In this document: one piece after another, positions 57,966 to 62,792 of the stretch
Position numbering within the stretch: the first letter of the stretch is position 1
How the letters are laid out: each line of letters opens with the position of its first letter
Assembly (NCBI GenBank): GCA_001915065.1
Contig: MNDT01000010.1
Location: forward strand, 1 to 62,792
Direction: 5' to 3'
Source of the DNA: an archaeon 13_2_20CM_2_53_6
Lineage (GTDB): Archaea; Thermoproteota; Bathyarchaeia; 40CM-2-53-6
DNA: 62,792 nt
Translations under genes and position numbers: made by a program
Notes under the pieces: model-generated
Told to the model about the DNA's origin: nothing
The model's database searches: none
Seen by the model: only the letters and a program-made list of their open reading frames with translations

Positions 57966-60900
57966 CTAGGCAAGACTTGTCAGAACGGTGATGGTCTGGG
58001 AGGTTGTGATGCTCTGGCCATTCGCGTCGGTGACCGTTAGGGTCACAGTGTAAGTTCCTGGAAGCACGTATGAGTGACTTGTTGACTGACCACTGCCGGT
58101 AGACCCGTCGCCAAAGTCCCAGCTATAGCTGTATGGCTGAGTCCCGCCGCTGGCGCTTGCAGAGAATGTGACAGGCACGAGCGGCAGAGGACTCGACGGG
58201 CTGTAGGTGAAACTTGCAGAGAGTTTGGAATTGACTATTATTGTCTGAGATGATTTCGCGAACTGGCCTCCTCCATCAGTAATCGTTAAGGTTACAGTGT
58301 AGGTGCCGGCTGACTGGTACGTGTGTTTGACCGAGCTTCCGGAGGCTGTTCCTCCATCACCGAAGGTCCAAGAATAACTGTAGGGTGAGGTTCCTCCAGA
58401 GGCAGAGCCCGTGAAGGAAACTGATTGTCCAGCGTCAGGCGAGGATGGGCTGAACGTGAAGCTAGCTGATAGTGGCGGTGGGGGACTAGTTACGGAGACT
58501 GTCTGCTGGGACACTGCCGTCTGTTGTGTTGATCCGCTATCCTTGACAGTCAGAATAACGGTAAATGATCCTGAAGATGAATACGAGTGAGTCGCCGAAG
58601 ATCCGGTCCCTGTGGATCCGTCACCGAAGCTCCACGAGTAGCTATAGGGCGAGGTCCCTCCTGATGCTGAGCCGGTGAACGAAACGGTCTGTCCTACCTG
58701 TGCAGAGGACGGACTATAAGTGAAGCTCGCAGATAGTGGAGGTGGTGGGCTTGTGACTGTGACAGTCTTCTGAGAGGTTACTGCCTGCTGTTGTGAACTG
58801 CTGTCTTTGGTCGTCAGCGTGACGGTGTACGATCCTACTGATGAGTACGCGTGCGTTACAGATGAGCCTGTTCCCGTTGATCCGTCTCCAAACGACCAGC
58901 TGAACGAGTATGGAGCTGTTCCACCACTAGCCGAAGCGGTGAATGTCACTTGCTGTCCAGCCTGCGGCGAAGAAGGACTGAAACTGAAGCCTGCTGTCAG
59001 CGCGGGAGGCGGGCTGGAGACGATTATGGACTGCTGGGACGACGCGGTCTGCTGAGGCGAGCCACTATCTTTGACGGTCAGAGCCACAGTGAAGGTTCCT
59101 GCTGATGAGTAGGTGTGCGTCACTGCCGAGCCTGTTCCGGTCGAACCATCGCCGAAATTCCAGGAATAGATGTAAGGCGAGGTTCCCCCAGACACGGTGG
59201 CTGTGAATGTGACCTGCTGGCTTACCTCCGGCGACGACGGACTGTAGGCGAAGCTGGTGGCTATAGTTGGAGGCGGGCTGCTGACCGTAAGAGTATGCTG
59301 CGACGTCGCCGTCTGTTGAGGAGAACTGCTATCCTTGACGTTCAGGGATACAGTAAACGATCCAGCTGAAGCATAAGTGTGCGTCACAGAGGATCCCGTT
59401 CCTGTTGATCCGTCTCCGAAGGACCAGCTGAACGTGTAAGGAGTAGTCCCGCCGCTAGCGCTGGCTGTAAACGTGACTTGTTGACCAGCTTGGGGCGAAG
59501 AAGGACTGTAGCTGAAGCTGCCCGTCAGCGCGGGAGGTGCACTAGAGACTGTTATGGATTGCTGGGATGTCGTGGTCTGCTGCGGTGAGCTACTATCCTT
59601 AACGGTTAGCACAACAGTGAATGATCCTGTTGAGGCATAGACGTGAGTTACAGACGAGCCTGTCCCCGTGGATCCGTCACCGAAGCTCCAAGAGTAGCTA
59701 TAGGGCGACGTCCCTCCTGACGCTGAGCTAGAGAATGAAACGGTCCGTCCTACCTGTGGAGAGGACGGACTATATGTGAAGCTCGCTGTCAGCGCAGGAG
59801 GCTGGCTGGATACTGAGACAGACTGTTGAGACGATGCGGTCTGTTGAGGCGAGCTACTGTCCTTTACTGTCAAAAGAACGTTGAACGTTCCAGCCGCAGC
59901 ATAGGCGTGACTCACAGATGCGCCTGTTCCAGTCGATCCATCACCGAAGTTCCAAGCGTAAGAGTACGGAGATGTTCCACCAGTGGCGCTAGCGGTAAAC
60001 GTGACCTGTTGTCCTGCCTGGGGCGAAGATGGGCTATAGCTGAAGCTCGAGGTCAGAGCAGGGGTCGGGCTCGAGACTGTGATAGACTTCTGGGATGACA
60101 CAGTCTGTTGAGGCGAACCGTTATCCTTCACTGTTAGAATTACAGTAAAAGTTCCTGCCGACGAGTATGCGTGTGTTACAGAGGCGCCTGTTCCAGTCGA
60201 CCCGTCTCCGAAAGACCAGCTGTAACTGTACGGAGCAGTTCCACCCGTTGATGAAGCAGTGAATGTGATCTGCTGCCCCGTCGCAGGTGACGACGGACTA
60301 AATGTGAAGCTGGCGCTGAGAGGCGGAGATGGGCTCGTTACGGAGACAGTCTGCTGGGACGATACTGTCTGTTGCGGTGAACCGCTGTCCTTGACAGTCA
60401 GAACCACCGTGTATGCTCCAGCTGAGGAGTAGGCGTGACTCGTGGACGAGCCGGTCCCGGTGGACCCGTCTCCGAAGCTCCAGCTGAAACTATAGGGCGA
60501 GGTTCCACCACTTGCCGAGGCTGTGAACGTTATTGTCTGGCCTGTTGTGGGCGTGGTCGGGCTATAGGTGAAGCCTGCTGTCAATGCGGAGCTGGAGGAG
60601 GAGAGCCTCCACGCGCTGAGAGGATGGATCTCCCAGCCTGAAAAACTATGCCAGCTGTCAGAGACATGAGTATCATCCCAGAAGACAAAACCCTGAACAT
60701 CAATAATACTCCCAGACGTAGGAGCGGATGGAGCGATACCGCTCTCTTCCCAGTTCATGTCGATCTCCGTGTGGACCTTGTGCATCGTATCAGGATACGT
60801 AGAGCTGCAGGCGGGCGCAAGATTCGCATTGCATGCGTTCCAAGTTATGTCACAGACGCCAGGGTAGAGGCTCCCACACTCATCATTGCTCGGAGGGACA

Positions 60901-61331
60901 GGAACTTTGACTCCATGGATCTCGACGAGTGTTGGCAGAACTGTACCGTTGGCCAGGGTGACAGTGCATGGTGGACTGGTGGATCGCTTCTGGTAGGGCC
61001 AGGACGAGGAGGGCGGGCTTGTACCCGGAGGCTTAGAGCCTTCCAAAGGTAAGGCTCCTCCGCTGTAGTCGGCCCCTGCGTTAGGTTTTGTCTGGGTTGG
61101 GTTCGGAACATTCCCGAGATACTGTTCCAATGTTAGCATCACGGCCTTGCAGTTTGTTGCTGGGTTCCAGGAGGACGACGTTGCCTGTTGGGCTAGTGGA
61201 GAAAGACTCGTAGCTTGAATCCTGATCGGGCCTATGCCGGCTGTCAACTGAGCAACAACCAATAAACCAATGACCAGCGGAACAGCAACGGCTAACGCGG
61301 TGGCCCGGTTTCCCCTAGCGAGCCGAAGCAT
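57966..61331 (-). CDS. Secreted protein with N-terminal WEIHP-motif domain and 10 tandem PKD domains
   Basis: Signal/TM segment; ten repeats of F.(Y/F)SP..P...TF...ASGGT.PY...W.FGDG; start at ATG 61331 or 61355. Confidence 0.9.
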   Translation of the reverse strand: MLRLARGNRATALAVAVPLVIGLLVVAQLTAGIGPIRIQATSLSPLAQQATSSSWNPATNCKAVMLTLEQYLGNVPNPTQTKPNAGADYSGGALPLEGSKPPGTSPPSSSWPYQKRSTSPPCTVTLANGTVLPTLVEIHGVKVPVPPSNDECGSLYPGVCDITWNACNANLAPACSSTYPDTMHKVHTEIDMNWEESGIAPSAPTSGSIIDVQGFVFWDDTHVSDSWHSFSGWEIHPLSAWRLSSSSSALTAGFTYSPTTPTTGQTITFTASASGGTSPYSFSWSFGDGSTGTGSSTSHAYSSAGAYTVVLTVKDSGSPQQTVSSQQTVSVTSPSPPLSASFTFSPSSPATGQQITFTASSTGGTAPYSYSWSFGDGSTGTGASVTHAYSSAGTFTVILTVKDNGSPQQTVSSQKSITVSSPTPALTSSFSYSPSSPQAGQQVTFTASATGGTSPYSYAWNFGDGSTGTGASVSHAYAAAGTFNVLLTVKDSSSPQQTASSQQSVSVSSQPPALTASFTYSPSSPQVGRTVSFSSSASGGTSPYSYSWSFGDGSTGTGSSVTHVYASTGSFTVVLTVKDSSSPQQTTTSQQSITVSSAPPALTGSFSYSPSSPQAGQQVTFTASASGGTTPYTFSWSFGDGSTGTGSSVTHTYASAGSFTVSLNVKDSSSPQQTATSQHTLTVSSPPPTIATSFAYSPSSPEVSQQVTFTATVSGGTSPYIYSWNFGDGSTGTGSAVTHTYSSAGTFTVALTVKDSGSPQQTASSQQSIIVSSPPPALTAGFSFSPSSPQAGQQVTFTASASGGTAPYSFSWSFGDGSTGTGSSVTHAYSSVGSYTVTLTTKDSSSQQQAVTSQKTVTVTSPPPPLSASFTYSPSSAQVGQTVSFTGSASGGTSPYSYSWSFGDGSTGTGSSATHSYSSSGSFTVILTVKDSGSTQQTAVSQQTVSVTSPPPPLSASFTFSPSSPDAGQSVSFTGSASGGTSPYSYSWTFGDGGTASGSSVKHTYQSAGTYTVTLTITDGGGQFAKSSQTIIVNSKLSASFTYSPSSPLPLVPVTFSASASGGTQPYSYSWDFGDGSTGSGQSTSHSYVLPGTYTVTLTVTDANGQSITTSQTITVLTSLA

Positions 61332-61952
61332 GTTCACGGGCTGGCCCTCACTCATCCGAGCATCAGTTGCGCACAGGAGTATTTGACGAGTCTGTCCACA
61401 ATGTGTTAGGAAACCGCACATTCGAACAACCATGTTCGGATAGAGTACAATAGAACACTTCAGCAACGACTGTCGTTCTTGGTATTGCGAAATCTATAAC
61501 TTGATACTTTCTTGAACCATTCTGTGCTTCGCGCTCGCGAGGGGCCTCGGATGGTTGACCGTTGATACCCAAAGACGAGCGGATACGCAAAAGATCAGTT
61601 CGGGACAGCGGCGGAGAATCGCATTTGTAAGAATCCTGTTAACCATGCTCGGCCGCTTCGGACTAAGACTACAGATAAGCGGAGACGCGGTTGCGTGATC
61701 GATACCCGGTGTCTACAATCTAGCGGATCCTACCCTGATGTCGAGTCTCCGCCGGCCTCCAACTCTCTCACTCCATTAGTTTGAATGCCTAGCTGAAGAT
61801 AAAAACAGATAATGGTTCGCCACACACCGGCGATCCAGTGACCGTTCGTTGCAGACAAACAAGACTCGACTCGACCACATCAGATCATCAACAGGTGGAC
61901 GCTCGAATGTCCACGACTTGGCATGTCAATCGTCTGTTTTCAGACGAGAGGG

Positions 61953-62792
61953 CTAGGTGACGTTGACTGTCACGGTCACGGAGTGGGATACTGTCCCGAC
62001 TGTCCCTGTTACGGTCACAAGATAAGTGCCGGGGGTTGTCTTCTTCAACGCTGTTATTTTGAGTGATGATGATCCTGTTCCGTCTGGAGCCAGCGTGACT
62101 TGGTTAGGGTTTAGTGATGTCTTAATGTTGATGGAAGAGTCAGATTGGGTCAGGCTTACGGTCCCGGTGAACCCGTTAACGCTGGACAGGTTGATGCTGA
62201 CTGTTGCTGAATGACCGTGTATGATCGTAATCGAGTTGGGGAGGGCGGAGAGCGTAAAGTCCACTATTCTTACGGCGATGCTGGTGGAGTGAGACAGCGA
62301 ACCACTAGTACCAGTGACCGTTACAGCATATGTTCCGATGGTCGGAGAGGTGAAGGTGCATGTCGAATTGGCGGACCCAGCGGCAATCAGAGTGAGGCTG
62401 CTTGGGCTACACGATATTGTAAGGCCAGTCTTGTCCGTGGAGGTTGACAGCGTAACTTGGCCGGAGAAACCGTCCAGGCTATTGAGGCTGACCTTTGAGC
62501 TGCCGGAGGAGCCGGCCAGAATTGTCAAAGAGCCTGGGTTGGCAGAAATTGCAAAGTCAGGCTGGGGAGGCGGGCCAACGTTGACCGTGCGAGTTGCAGT
62601 GGTGCTGGCGCTGGCTGAGTCGTGGACTGTCAACTGGACAGTGTAACTGCCCGCAGAGTAGGAATGGGTTACAGGGTTACCTGTCCCTATGGTGCTGTCT
62701 CCGAAGCTCCAGCTGAAACTATAGGGCGAGGTTCCACCACTTGCCGAGGCTGTGAACGTTATTGTCTGGCCTGTTGTGGGCGTGGTCGGGCT
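61953..62792 (-). CDS. Second PKD/Ig-like repeat surface protein (C-terminal part; 5' end outside the window)
   Basis: Frame open to the window edge; one PKD domain followed by two DF.(I/L)SA.P Ig-like repeats. Confidence 0.85.
   Translation of the reverse strand, partial: SPTTPTTGQTITFTASASGGTSPYSFSWSFGDSTIGTGNPVTHSYSAGSYTVQLTVHDSASASTTATRTVNVGPPPQPDFAISANPGSLTILAGSSGSSKVSLNSLDGFSGQVTLSTSTDKTGLTISCSPSSLTLIAAGSANSTCTFTSPTIGTYAVTVTGTSGSLSHSTSIAVRIVDFTLSALPNSITIIHGHSATVSINLSSVNGFTGTVSLTQSDSSINIKTSLNPNQVTLAPDGTGSSSLKITALKKTTPGTYLVTVTGTVGTVSHSVTVTVNVT

Noticed and set aside
57966..60600. Periodic repeats resembling an array
   Set aside because: They are coding PKD domain repeats. No CRISPR repeat-spacer structure or cas genes were seen anywhere in the window.

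Overview
Archaeal chromosomal segment, most consistent with a TACK lineage such as Bathyarchaeia (inferred from multi-intron tRNAs, a DUF5752-like domain, EF-1beta, RadA, CDC48 and many TTG starts). The left edge holds a partial terminase large subunit with small upstream ORFs. From about 2 to 34.6 kb is mostly core genome: trx, cdc48, EF-1beta, a bacterial-type NHEJ cluster (Ku, ligase, prim-pol) beside two double-intron tRNAs, an enlarged NurA-HerA pair, an isolated uS7, SRP RNA, a RusA-like nuclease, pyrC and radA. About 35-46 kb is a decayed integrated-element island with a broken tyrosine recombinase and Cys-rich micro-proteins. About 46-62.8 kb is accessory cargo: a LipJ-like cyclase, a short chlorite dismutase, secreted proteins, two PIN toxin-antitoxin pairs and PKD-repeat proteins. 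The most striking unexplained structures are (i) a co-oriented ~37-bp repeat separating the cargo modules at 50.6-57.7 kb like a cassette array, (ii) a ~165-bp non-coding element present twice in inverted orientation 27 kb apart, and (iii) several genes apparently starting at CTG/ATT codons. All calls come from reading the sequence by eye; no searches were run.
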